NCBI RefSeq assembly: GCF_000755245.1
Contig: NZ_BBMP01000004.1
Coordinates: 8,736-32,735 of the forward strand
Reading direction: 5' to 3'
From: Halococcus sediminicola
GTDB taxonomy: Archaea; Halobacteriota; Halobacteria; Halobacteriales; Halococcaceae
Length of the DNA: 24,000 nt
Position 1 is the first letter of the stretch. Every line of letters starts with the position of its first letter. A model generated the notes under the pieces. That model made no database searches. It was not told where the DNA came from and saw only the letters and a program-made list of their open reading frames with translations. Below, piece after piece: positions 1 to 8,786 of this stretch. The translations under genes and the position numbers were made by a program.

Positions 1-777
1 CCGTCGAGCGGCTGTCTCGCCTATCTCGTCGTCAGCGGCGACGAAGCTGCGGTCATCGACCCGCTGCGGGCATTTGCCGATACGTACCAACAGGACGCGC
101 GCGCACTCGGCGCGGAACTGACCGACGCGCTCGACACGCACGTCCACGCCGACCACATCAGCGGCGTTCGCACCGTCGCCGAAAACACCGGGGCGACGGC
201 CGTCGTCCCGCAACCCGCCGCCGAGCGCGGTATCGAGTACGATAGCGGCTACGAGACGGTCGAGAACGGTGACACCATCGCGGTGGGGAAAACCGAGATC
301 GAGGTGCTTCACACGCCCGGCCACACGTCCGGAATGACGTCCTACCGGGTAGGCAATGTGCTGTTCGCCGGCGACGGCTTGTTCACCGAGAGCGTTGCTC
401 GCCCCGACCTCGAAGAAGGTGCGGAGGGGGCGGCCGACGCCGCGGGCGAACTTTACGATACCCTTCAGAATACGATTCTCGAACTACCTGACGACACCAT
501 CGTTGCGCCCGGCCACTTCAGCGACAGCGCAGAGGCCGAAAACGGCACCTATACGGCCCGTCTCGGCGACTTGGAAACTCGAATGGGTGCACTCGGCATG
601 AGCCGTGAGGAGTTCGTCGAGTTTATCCAGTCGGACATGCCACCCCGACCCAGCAACTACGAGGAGATCATCGCCACCAACCTCGGCCAGCGCGAGACGA
701 CCGACGAGAGGGCCTTCGAACTCGAACAGGGACCGAACAACTGTGCGGCCAGTCAAGACGCGCTCACGGGTGATTGA
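1..777 (+). CDS. MBL-fold metallo-hydrolase (beta-lactamase-like, persulfide-dioxygenase type); 5' end lies outside the window
   Basis: Frame 1 is open from nt 1. Translation of nt 1-282 gives ...LDTHVHADHISG (the HxHxDH metal motif). It continues into the listed ORF, which has HTPGHTSG and APGHF motifs. Stop TGA at 775-777. Confidence 0.85.
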   Translation, partial: PSSGCLAYLVVSGDEAAVIDPLRAFADTYQQDARALGAELTDALDTHVHADHISGVRTVAENTGATAVVPQPAAERGIEYDSGYETVENGDTIAVGKTEIEVLHTPGHTSGMTSYRVGNVLFAGDGLFTESVARPDLEEGAEGAADAAGELYDTLQNTILELPDDTIVAPGHFSDSAEAENGTYTARLGDLETRMGALGMSREEFVEFIQSDMPPRPSNYEEIIATNLGQRETTDERAFELEQGPNNCAASQDALTGD

Positions 778-1287
778 ATGGTCGGAGAGATGGAGCTGAC
801 ACTCTTGGGACAGACGGCGCTCGCGGGACTGTTCCCGCGTGGCATCAGCCAGTACGCCATCGGCGGCGTCCTGATTGGACTAGGAGTTTCGACCATCTAC
901 CTCGGAACGGCGATCACGCCGGGTGCGAGCACGTTCTTCGAGTCGACACTATCGTACGTCTCGAAGATCCCACGGTTCAACCGGGCGAAATATCTCGTCT
1001 CGCGTGACTGGCGGATCGTCTTCACGCTGAGTATGGTCGCCGGTGCGGCCGTCTACGCGCTCACGCTGGGTGGTGGCGGCTGGACGACCGACGTGCAGGC
1101 GTGGCGACTACTCGCCGGTGGCGTCCTCGTCGGCGTCGGCACCCGACTCGGCAAGGGCTGCACCTCTGGCCACGGGATCAACGGGATCGCGTCGCTGTCG
1201 GGAACCTCGTTTGCGAACGTCGCGACGTTCATGCTGACGGCGATCGGAGCCGCACTCTCGATGCAAGCGCTGGGGGTGTCGCCATGA
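778..1287 (+). CDS. YeeE/YedE-family (sulfur-transport-type) membrane protein
   Basis: 169-aa polytopic hydrophobic ORF with the family-typical GKGCTSGHGINGI motif. Its ATG abuts the upstream TGA (tgaATG); an alternative ATG lies at 790. Confidence 0.8.
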   Translation: MVGEMELTLLGQTALAGLFPRGISQYAIGGVLIGLGVSTIYLGTAITPGASTFFESTLSYVSKIPRFNRAKYLVSRDWRIVFTLSMVAGAAVYALTLGGGGWTTDVQAWRLLAGGVLVGVGTRLGKGCTSGHGINGIASLSGTSFANVATFMLTAIGAALSMQALGVSP

Positions 1288-1748
1288 GCAGCGACTCACG
1301 CAGCCCGCTGTTCATGCCGACGATCGTTCTCGGCGGCGCGCTGTTCGGGGTTGGACTCGCCCACAGCGGGATGGCCAAACCCGAGATCGTCCTGGATTTC
1401 CTCCAGTTACAGGACTTGGGACTGGTGTTCGTGATGGGCGGTGCAGCGGCCGTTACCGGAACCGTCATTGCACTTGCGACGCGGTACCTCGACCGTGCGC
1501 CGCTCACCGGTGAGCAGTACGGCAAACGCGAGAAGACCTTCGACCGAAGCGTGCTCCTCGGTGGGGTGGTCTTCGGTGTCGGGTGGGGAATCTCAGGGCT
1601 CTGTCCCGGCTCCGCGTATGCCAGCCTCGGAATCGGGAACTTCCCCATGCTAATCGGGATCGCTGGAATGTTCCTCGGTGCGTACGCACAGGGCTACTGG
1701 CGATCCTATCGAGAGAGCACCAGTGGAACGGCCACGCCAAGCGATTGA
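1284..1748 (+). CDS. Second YeeE/YedE-like transporter component (membrane protein)
   Basis: ATG at 1284 overlaps the upstream stop (ATGA at 1284-1287). From MSSDSRSPLFMPTIVLGG the protein is hydrophobic with GWGISGLCPG. The 61 codons upstream in the listed ORF (1101-1283) are Arg-rich shadow sequence. Confidence 0.75.
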   Translation: MSSDSRSPLFMPTIVLGGALFGVGLAHSGMAKPEIVLDFLQLQDLGLVFVMGGAAAVTGTVIALATRYLDRAPLTGEQYGKREKTFDRSVLLGGVVFGVGWGISGLCPGSAYASLGIGNFPMLIGIAGMFLGAYAQGYWRSYRESTSGTATPSD

Positions 1749-1864
1749 GACACTCGATTCGACTCATAGATGACCACAACTGACCACGAGCAACACGCTG
1801 ACCTCGAACGACACGACTGCAATCGGTACGGCGACGACCAGCTGCCACCAACGGAGGAGCACTC

Positions 1865-2578
1865 GTGAGCGACGACACCGCCTCGTTCGATCCGACCGGA
1901 GAAACCGAGCGCCACATCGGCCGCGGGATGTTCGAAGAGGGGATGGGTCCCGGCTCGTCGATGGCCCACCTCTACCGCGGCGAAGTCCACCGAATGAAGT
2001 TCTGGCGCGAACGCCTCGATAACACGACCAACTGGGCCATCACGATCATGGCTGCTATCCTAACGTGGGCATTCACGGGTAACAACCCCCACTACATCGT
2101 GCTGATTGGATTAGTGATGCTCACAGTCTTCCTCGTGATCGAGGCACGCCGGTACCGTGGCTACGACCTCTGGCGCTCGCGCGTGCGATTGATGCAGGAG
2201 AACGTCTTCGCGAACGCCCTCGACGCTTCCAAAGACGTCAGCGATCCCCACTGGCGACGCGAACTGAGCGAGGACTACCGCCAGCCGAAGATCAAGATCG
2301 GCTTTGAGGAGGCGCTCGCCCATCGGCTCCGTCGAGTGTATCTCCCGCTCATGGTTGTCCTCCTCATCGCGTGGTTGGTCCGCATTACGGCGTTCATGCA
2401 GGCGTCCGGGTGGCCCGCAAGCGCCGCAATCGGTCCCATCCCCGGGATCATCGTGTCCGGCGTCGTCGTCACGTTCTTCACCGTGGCGGCGGTGGTCGCC
2501 TGTCGGCCACGCACGTGGAAGGCAAACGGCGAACTCCGACTCACGGACGTCGACGTCTGGGGCGACGCCGAACAGTAG
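1865..2578 (+). CDS. DUF2270-like integral membrane protein
   Basis: 237-aa ORF with a GTG start. AHLYRGEVHRMKFWRERLDNTTNWAITIMAAILTWAF matches my recollection of the DUF2270 signature. Several TM helices, same strand as the sulfur module. Confidence 0.65.
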   Translation: MSDDTASFDPTGETERHIGRGMFEEGMGPGSSMAHLYRGEVHRMKFWRERLDNTTNWAITIMAAILTWAFTGNNPHYIVLIGLVMLTVFLVIEARRYRGYDLWRSRVRLMQENVFANALDASKDVSDPHWRRELSEDYRQPKIKIGFEEALAHRLRRVYLPLMVVLLIAWLVRITAFMQASGWPASAAIGPIPGIIVSGVVVTFFTVAAVVACRPRTWKANGELRLTDVDVWGDAEQ

Positions 2579-2610
2579 CTTGGAGCCGTCGAAGATCGTT
2601 CTCAAGACGG

Positions 2611-2637
2611 TCGTGCATAGTCGTGCAGGATATGCAC
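2611..2637. promoter_or_regulatory. Candidate operator: TCGTGCA direct repeat plus inverted GTGCATA/TATGCAC half-sites upstream of the wHTH regulator gene
   Basis: TCGTGCAtagTCGTGCAggaTATGCAC. GTGCATA (2613-2619) is the exact reverse complement of TATGCAC (2631-2637). The site lies 40-65 nt upstream of ATG 2677, just 5' of a TATA-like cTTTAg (about 2643-2648). Confidence 0.3.
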
Positions 2638-2676
2638 AACATCTTTAGCCTCCCATCCACTAAGGATAATCAAGCA

Positions 2677-3081
2677 ATGCCCGACTCAATGGCGGACTAC
2701 CTCCGCGCAGACATGGAATGCGAGGGCCTCCTCGAATGCTTCCACGGTCTCACCGATCTCGACCGCGACTGTTTCGAAGTCATCGTCACGGACGAAGCAC
2801 CGCTGACTATCGATGAAATCGCCGACGAGGTCGACCGCGAGCGCTCGACGGTGTATCGATCGGTTCAGCGGCTTCGCCAAGCGGGATTCGTCCAGAAAGA
2901 ACAGGTCAACTACGACCAAGGTGGCTACTACCACGTCTTCTCGCCAACTGATCCCGATGTCGTTGCAGACGATATGCAGCAGATGTTGAATGACTGGTAT
3001 GCGAAAATGGGCCAACTCATCGGGGAGTTCCGAACGAAATACGATACTCAAGATCAGTCACCAGCGGCTGTCGAGAGCTAA
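2677..3081 (+). CDS. Winged-helix transcriptional regulator (TrmB/MarR-like HTH)
   Basis: From ATG 2677 the ORF gives an acidic 134-aa protein. LTIDEIADEVDRERSTVYRSVQRLRQAGFV is a classic HTH plus recognition helix. The upstream part of the listed ORF (2371-2676) is Arg-rich and overlaps the DUF2270 gene. Confidence 0.75.
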   Translation: MPDSMADYLRADMECEGLLECFHGLTDLDRDCFEVIVTDEAPLTIDEIADEVDRERSTVYRSVQRLRQAGFVQKEQVNYDQGGYYHVFSPTDPDVVADDMQQMLNDWYAKMGQLIGEFRTKYDTQDQSPAAVES

Positions 3082-3215
3082 TTTCGCTTACTCGTGCTTA
3101 GCTCTCTAATCCCGAATAGGCTTTCCGAAAAGCCCAATTTCCGCTCCCAAACAGAATCTTCGACTGGTCCAAAGACAGTGCTGTCGAGACAGTCGATACG
3201 TCCAACAACTACCAA

Positions 3216-3335
3216 TCAGTTCGCAATCAGACGTGCGATCCAGACAATAGGTATCACTGGGATCGCTAGTCCAGTGGCAAGGAGAACGATCGCGATGATG
3301 ATCTTCTTGTCATCATGACCTGTTGATTCCAGCAT
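3216..3335 (-). CDS. Possible 39-aa single-TM micro-protein
   Basis: The internal Met of the listed 97-aa ORF gives MLESTGHDDKKIIIAIVLLATGLAIPVIPIVWIARLIAN, with a clean TM helix. The remaining upstream part of the ORF is Ser/Arg-rich junk. No homology recognised. Confidence 0.25.
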   Translation of the reverse strand: MLESTGHDDKKIIIAIVLLATGLAIPVIPIVWIARLIAN

Positions 3336-3780
3336 GGAGATTGTCGAGGACTGGTTAGACCTCGAGCTCGATGAGTTCCTTGACCGTCCCCTATTCTGTT
3401 TCCTTGCACAGTGCTCCGACGACGGTGCGCGAATCTCGCCGTTGTGGTACCTCTGGGAAGATGAGCTTGTTTGGATTATTGCCCAACTACCAGACCGCTC
3501 ATATCCCAAACGTGTCGAGCAGTTCCCTTGATCGGCGATTGCAATCGTCGAATTTGACTCACGGAAGGGAGTGGTCCGACACGTCGGTATGCGTGGCGAG
3601 GCAACACTAGAACCATTCGACCAAGGTCGCGCAGAGCGGCTGCTTCGCCGCTATCTGGGTGATGATAAGAGCGAATGGGATGATGGGTTTGTCGGCTTAG
3701 ATGGGGAGCATTACCGGTTTATTCGGCTTGAACCAGAAACGGTCATCGCACGAGGGGGAACACACGATACCGGACTCTGA
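3334..3780 (+). pseudogene. Pyridoxamine 5'-phosphate oxidase (PPOX/FMN-binding split-barrel) family gene interrupted by an in-frame TGA
   Basis: The two listed ORFs (3334-3531 and 3571-3780) share one frame. Read-through gives ...YPKRVEQFP*SAIAIVEFDSRKGVVRHVGMRGEATLEPFDQGRAERLLRRYLGDD..., a continuous PPOX-like sequence. The stop is at 3529-3531. Confidence 0.65.
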
Positions 3781-3789
3781 TGATAGACA

Positions 3790-3996
3790 CTAAACGGGGA
3801 CACAGGCGTTCTCAAGCACATTAGCTGGAGCCGCGCGGACGAATAGCCGCTCAGGTGGCTGGTCGGCGATCCACTCCTCATCGTGAAGTCCAAGATGGTG
3901 TTCGCGTTCACGATCAACGATGTGTCGAATCACGACAAGTGCGACTTTGGGGATGACACGTTGGCTGCCAAAGGCGGTGAGATCAAGTTTGACCAT
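3790..3996 (-). CDS. Hypothetical protein, possibly a remnant of a larger gene
   Basis: 68-aa ORF with no recognisable motif. Short broken ORFs lie upstream on the same strand (up to about 4110), which suggests decay. Confidence 0.2.
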   Translation of the reverse strand: MVKLDLTAFGSQRVIPKVALVVIRHIVDREREHHLGLHDEEWIADQPPERLFVRAAPANVLENACVPV

Positions 3997-4149
3997 CGTG
4001 CAGATGGCACGGTCGCGTTGCCATGACGTCAGTCCGAAGCTTCCACAGAGTGCTGGGTGAGACGCAATTTTTCGAGACAGTAGGCACGCCGACTGTAGCC
4101 TTCCATGACGGGGTGGCGCGATCAGTCGTTCTTCGATTGAGCGACCGTC

Positions 4150-4293
4150 TCAGCGAACGAGATAGCCGAAGGCGAGCAGCGGGAGCGCGATGCCAGCCGC
4201 AAGCGGGTACACACCGACGATGGCGAGTTTTCCCGTCAGCAACACTACCGAGCCGAAGATGAAATACACGAGTATCTCAGTGGGGGATAACAT
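4150..4293 (-). CDS. Possible 47-aa two-TM micro-protein
   Basis: My own translation: MLSPTEILVYFIFGSVVLLTGKLAIVGVYPLAAGIALPLLAFGYLVR. ATG complement at 4291-4293, stop complement at 4150-4152. It is below the ORF-track length cutoff. Confidence 0.3.
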   Translation of the reverse strand: MLSPTEILVYFIFGSVVLLTGKLAIVGVYPLAAGIALPLLAFGYLVR

Positions 4294-4491
4294 TGTTGAA
4301 GATCCGAGAGTGCAGTCCTAAAACTGCCCATCTTCGACCACACCCCTCGACGGTTCGCCGCAAGTTCCCTGTGACATAGTTTATTGATCGTTCAGAGTAC
4401 ATAGCACGTCCTTAGGGGCGTCGTCACTACTGGTCGTTGCCTCAACCGTTTTCTATCTACGTCTTGAACGAACTCGCCGGCAGGAATTCGG

Positions 4492-5670
4492 TTAGAAGCC
4501 GAGATCGAGCAGACGATTACTGGCGAGCGCGAGACAGATCACCGAAAGAAACGCGACGAAAATCCCGAACGCGATGCCCCATCCAGCGGTATCCGCAACG
4601 GTTCCCACGACGACGCTTCCGGTCGCACTCAGCATCATGTACGTCGTCCGAACGAGACCGAATCCCGCACCGCGTTCCGTAGCCGAGAGGTTATCGACGA
4701 ATCGAGGCAACAGTGCCGCTCCCCAGCCCATGGCAACACCGATCAGAAAGATGCCAACGAGAAGGACGCCTAATCGAGAACCGACGAGAAGCAACGTGTA
4801 CCCCACGATTCCTGCAACTGCACAGAGAGCGGCAATCTCTTCGCGACCGTACCGATCCGAGAGCGACCCGATGCCAGGTTGTGTGAGTCCTTGGATGATG
4901 AAATACGCCGAAAACAGCGTACTAGCGAACGTCACCGAATAACCGTGATACGCGATCAGAAAGGTCGGGAGGAACGATGCCGTCGCCTGCCAGATGAACT
5001 CGAACAGAAATGCAAGCATAGCAGTGAACGCGATTTTCCGCCGGGAGAGCAACTCGATGACCGGCTTGAGGGCGAACCGATCGCCCATCGGCTGCTCGGG
5101 CCGTGCCGGCTCGGTCGGACGGATCTTCCAGCGAAAAAGAACGAAAATCGGGAACGCAGCTGCGGCCCCGAGCGCGATCGCGGCCCGCCAGCCGAACCAT
5201 TGACTGACAGCAGCCGCCGCAATCGGCGCTACCAATCCCGCCAATGGGGCACCCGAGTTGTGCAGGCCGATCGCAGTACCGATATTGTTCAGTTCACGGG
5301 TCAGAAACGTCGTGGCGACGCTGTAGTGCAGGCCAGCAACCCCACCCAAAACCAGCGTCAAAACGAGGAATACGGGCATCGACGGTGAAAGAGCGAGCAG
5401 AGCGCTGGCGACTGTCGTCAATCCAATCGCTGCAAGAATGATAATCCGCTCGCCATACCGATCGGCGAGCACCCCGCTAGGAAACTGTGCGAACGCGTAC
5501 GCCATCCAGAGACCAGTCAAGGCCAGCCCCAGAACACCGGTTGAGGAATCGAACGTGTCAACGATCTCCGGAACGACCGGGCTGATAACCAACCGAGCGA
5601 CCATCGTTGCGAAAAACGCGAGCGTACACAGAGCGATGATTGTCACTCGATAATCCCACAGTCGCCTCAC
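4492..5670 (-). CDS. MFS transporter
   Basis: 392-aa ORF with about 12 predicted TM helices. The loop motif GVLADRYGERIIIL (MFS motif A, G-x-L-x-D-R-x-G-R-R-like) is repeated as GSLSDRYGRE in the second half. Confidence 0.9.
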   Translation of the reverse strand: MRRLWDYRVTIIALCTLAFFATMVARLVISPVVPEIVDTFDSSTGVLGLALTGLWMAYAFAQFPSGVLADRYGERIIILAAIGLTTVASALLALSPSMPVFLVLTLVLGGVAGLHYSVATTFLTRELNNIGTAIGLHNSGAPLAGLVAPIAAAAVSQWFGWRAAIALGAAAAFPIFVLFRWKIRPTEPARPEQPMGDRFALKPVIELLSRRKIAFTAMLAFLFEFIWQATASFLPTFLIAYHGYSVTFASTLFSAYFIIQGLTQPGIGSLSDRYGREEIAALCAVAGIVGYTLLLVGSRLGVLLVGIFLIGVAMGWGAALLPRFVDNLSATERGAGFGLVRTTYMMLSATGSVVVGTVADTAGWGIAFGIFVAFLSVICLALASNRLLDLGF

Positions 5671-6100
5671 TGCTCACAGGTACTCACTTGATGTGTTTCA
5701 ACGCACTGGCTTGGCTCCCAAGCGAAGGAAATCAATCTTGACCCATCCCAAGGCAATGAAACAGTCGAACGGATTGTTCGCCGGGCCGGCCTGTTCGACA
5801 CTGAGGAGCTGCCGAATGGCTTGAAACAGGCGAGATCGACGAGTCGAAGCTGCCGGAGCACCAAAGACGCCGAAGCACAACACTACTATCATGGGCCAGC
5901 AAGAACAGGACCGCCAGTCGGACTGGGACGAGATCGTTGCGAAGGTCATTGAGGAAGACCGCGAACTCCTTGACCTGTTCTCCGACTAGTCATTGCCAAT
6001 AACACCCGATATCGGCTGCAAGAGCGTCTCTCAGTAGTCCTCGCAAAGGACAAGTTGATACGCACCCACAGCGAACTCTCCAATGAGGTCAGGTCCCCCT

Positions 6101-6469
6101 ATGAAGCATACCACACTTCTTCGGCGAGGCATCGTTGCCTTGCTCATCGGCGTCGTACTGACGAGTGCCGGCGTCTCGACTGCGCTCGCTACCAGTACCG
6201 AATCCGGCTCCCCCAGTGACCCCTCCGACAGCGCGAGTGACGTTTCCATCAACGGACTCGACATTGAGCTCAAGGACGTCCGCATTAGCGGCGACGGTCT
6301 TCCGACGATCGGTATCGAGGACCGTTCCTACTCGATCGACGAACGGACAGTCACCCTCGATGGAGCAACAATCACAGTCAATGGGGCCGAGATCGGTTTT
6401 GACGATCTCTCCATCACCATCGAAGATTCGACATTCACGGTCCAAAACGTCGGTATCGGTAGCGCCTGA
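6101..6469 (+). CDS. Small secreted or exported hypothetical protein (signal peptide, Ser/Thr/Asp-rich, beta-strand repeats)
   Basis: MKHTTLLRRGIVALLIGVVLTSAGVSTALA is a signal peptide with an RR pair. The mature part is acidic, with repeated xVxIxG/TITV strands. The listed ORF starts 6 codons earlier, at 6083. Confidence 0.55.
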   Translation: MKHTTLLRRGIVALLIGVVLTSAGVSTALATSTESGSPSDPSDSASDVSINGLDIELKDVRISGDGLPTIGIEDRSYSIDERTVTLDGATITVNGAEIGFDDLSITIEDSTFTVQNVGIGSA

Positions 6470-6810
6470 CGATCCAGGCGAACCCTCCGTTCTTCGGTCC
6501 AAACGTCTACATCCAGCATTCGTTCCCGGATGAGCTGCTCCGTGAACAAGGAATCCGGCTCATCCCACGTGTCGAAATCCGGCGGTTCCCCGTCTGACCC
6601 GTCCCTGGTGGGGATGTCGGAGTCATAACATAGCTCTCCCAGTGCGGATACCACGCCCTAAAGGACGTGGTAGCTGATACGCTGTTCTGTGATATATGCT
6701 TTGGCGACAGTATTATTTCGGCTAGTGCGGGGAGAGCTCCCTGCTCGATTTCCGGATTCTGACTACCGAAAGCACCAGCGTCAAGCGAATCGGCGTTCGA
6801 AAACGGAACG

Positions 6811-7620
6811 ATGCCAATCGGTGACCTGCCGCGGATCGGTTTGGGAACGTACTCCGACGACGATCAAGAGCAGTGGGCCGAAAACGTGCGGACGGCGCTC
6901 GATGTCGGCTATCGTGCTGTCGACACGGCCCATGCCTACGGTAACGAACAGTATGTCGGCGAGGGGATCGCCACTTCGTCCGTCGATCGAGAAGAGATCT
7001 TTGTCGCGACAAAAACCGTCCACCTAGACCTGCCATCGAGTTCGGACGAGGTCGGCGCGGCGATCGACGGCTGTCTCGATCGCCTGGGTGTCGAATACGT
7101 CGATCTGCTATACGTCCACTGGCCATCGGGCATCTACGATCACGAGGAAATCTTGCCCACCTTCGATGAAGCCTACGAGACAGGGAAGGCCCGCCATATC
7201 GGCCTCTCGAATTTCACTCCAGAGTTGCTCGACGAAGCTCGCGAGGTCCTCGATGCCCCACTTGCTGCTCACCAAGTCGAGATGCATCCACTGCGGCCAC
7301 AGAAAGAGCTTCACGAGTACGCTCAGCGCCACGACCACTGGCTAGTTGCCTACTCTCCGATCGCGAAAGGCGAGGTATTCGACGTCCCCGAAATCGAGAC
7401 GGTCGCCGAAAAACACGATGTGACACCGCCACAGGTGAGCATCGCGTGGCTGCTCGCCAAGGACAACGTCGCCGTGATTCCGAAAGCCAGCAGCAAAGCC
7501 CATATGCGCGACAACCTTGCCGCCCGAGAGCTCACCCTCGATGCCGAGGATATCACACGAATCGATTCTATCGAACGCAGATATCGGGTCGTCGATCCGG
7601 AGCACGCCCCCTGGAATTGA
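6811..7620 (+). CDS. Aldo/keto reductase (2,5-diketo-D-gluconate reductase-like)
   Basis: 269-aa ORF with AKR hallmarks: LGTY...GYRAVDTAHAYGNE, DLLYVHWP, IGLSNF, HQVEMHP, IPKASSKAHMRDN. Confidence 0.9.
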   Translation: MPIGDLPRIGLGTYSDDDQEQWAENVRTALDVGYRAVDTAHAYGNEQYVGEGIATSSVDREEIFVATKTVHLDLPSSSDEVGAAIDGCLDRLGVEYVDLLYVHWPSGIYDHEEILPTFDEAYETGKARHIGLSNFTPELLDEAREVLDAPLAAHQVEMHPLRPQKELHEYAQRHDHWLVAYSPIAKGEVFDVPEIETVAEKHDVTPPQVSIAWLLAKDNVAVIPKASSKAHMRDNLAARELTLDAEDITRIDSIERRYRVVDPEHAPWN

Positions 7621-7796
7621 TATCCCCGTCGTGAAAGGGCGAAGATGTCAAAGTCGGTATTCTCGACACGCGTAATCGCCCGGTAGAATGTCACGATAGA
7701 TCCACCGACACGTATTTCTATAAGCGAGATAATCATTCTCAACAATGTTGTTCGAAAAACTATCGCTTCGGGTGCTCTCATCCAAGAGGGATACAG

Positions 7797-8786
7797 ATGT
7801 GTAGCCGTCTGGTCTACCTTGGCTCTGAAGGTCGTGTTCTTACTGGTCGATCGATGGACTGGACACGAGAAATCGGCTCTAATATTTGGACTTTCCCTCG
7901 TGGTAGTGAGCGCAACGTCGAGGCCGACCTCCCGTACGAGAGCTGGACAGCTCAGTACGGTAGCGTGGTCACTACCGCCTACGATATCTGCACTACCGAC
8001 GGAATGAACGAACGCGGTTTGATGGCTAATCTGTTATGGCTCCCCGAGTCCGAATATCCCAATTGGGACGGCGAAGAGTCCGCTCTGCCGATCTCGATGT
8101 GGGCTCAGTATATGCTCGACAACTTCGCGACCGTGGCCGAAGCCGTTGAGGCGGCTCAAAACGACGACTTCGTCATCGTCACACAGCGGCTACCTGATGA
8201 TGACCGGTTCGCGGCGTTGCATCTGTCCTTGTCAGATCCAACCGGTGATAGCGCAATCATGGAGTTCATCGACGGCGAGCTGGTCATTCACCACGATCGC
8301 GATTATCAGGTGATGACTAACTCGCCAACGTTCGACAAACAGCTCGCACTCGCCGAATATTGGGACGAAATCGGCGGCACTGTTATGCTTCCAGGAACGA
8401 ACCGGCCAGCGGACCGATTTGTGCGTGCTCGATTTTACACCAGTGCTATTCCACAGGTCGAGGATCGTCGTGCCGCGACCGCGAGCGTGTTCAGTGTGAT
8501 CCGCAATGTGTCCGTCCCCTACGGGCTCAGCACACCAGATGCACCACATATCTCGTCAACGCGCTGGCGTACTGTTGCAGACCACAAAGACCGGATCTAC
8601 TACTTCGAATCGGCGTTCACGCCGAACGTGTTCTGGGTGAACCTCGATGCAATCGATTTTTCGTCTGAAACAAGCGCGAAGACCCTCCAGCTGGGGCCAC
8701 AACAGTCAAATACGTTTTCCGGCGAGGTGTCGGATGAACTGGTCGCCAGCGATTCGTTCAAATTTTTGAGGCCACACGGCGAGTAG
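7797..8786 (+). CDS. Linear amide C-N hydrolase, choloylglycine hydrolase / penicillin V acylase family (Ntn hydrolase)
   Basis: The N-terminus MCSRLVYLG..RVLTGRSMDW has the nucleophile Cys immediately after Met. The length (329 aa) and the NERGL and MTNSP motifs are typical of the family. Confidence 0.85.
   Translation: MCSRLVYLGSEGRVLTGRSMDWTREIGSNIWTFPRGSERNVEADLPYESWTAQYGSVVTTAYDICTTDGMNERGLMANLLWLPESEYPNWDGEESALPISMWAQYMLDNFATVAEAVEAAQNDDFVIVTQRLPDDDRFAALHLSLSDPTGDSAIMEFIDGELVIHHDRDYQVMTNSPTFDKQLALAEYWDEIGGTVMLPGTNRPADRFVRARFYTSAIPQVEDRRAATASVFSVIRNVSVPYGLSTPDAPHISSTRWRTVADHKDRIYYFESAFTPNVFWVNLDAIDFSSETSAKTLQLGPQQSNTFSGEVSDELVASDSFKFLRPHGE

Noticed and set aside
1101-2676. Long N-terminal extensions of the listed ORFs 1101-1748 and 2371-3081.
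   Set aside because: The extensions are Arg-rich, overlap the 3' ends of well-supported upstream genes, and precede internal ATGs (1284, 2677). From those ATGs the sequence becomes hydrophobic or acidic and family-like.
3529-3531. The in-frame TGA in the PPOX gene as selenocysteine or other programmed recoding.
   Set aside because: Halobacteria are not known to encode the Sec machinery, and no SECIS-like structure is evident nearby. The aligned position in homologs is not Cys as far as I recall. A nonsense mutation or a sequencing error is more parsimonious.
6328-6654. 108-aa - strand ORF with an acidic N-terminal part.
   Set aside because: Its 3' 140 nt overlap the better-supported convergent secreted-protein gene (6101-6469), where it reads as antisense. 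Only 6470-6654 could be genuine, and I recognise no family. Left unannotated.
4404-6670. Two similar palindromic hairpins: gCACGTCCTTAGGGGCGTcg (4404-4423) and CCACGCCCTAAAGGACGTGG (6651-6670). They are 16/20 identical in inverted orientation and flank the MFS and secreted-protein genes like terminal inverted repeats.
   Set aside because: My rough estimate is that 16/20 matches between any two 20-mers are expected on the order of 10^2 times in a 24-kb self-comparison. The similarity does not extend convincingly beyond about 30 nt, and no transposase lies between the two sites. They may be ordinary intergenic hairpins.
7350-7781. 143-aa - strand ORF. Similarly, the 173-aa + strand ORF at 14186-14707.
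   Set aside because: Both are mostly antisense to well-supported genes (the AKR and the 4-TM membrane protein) and lack any motif.
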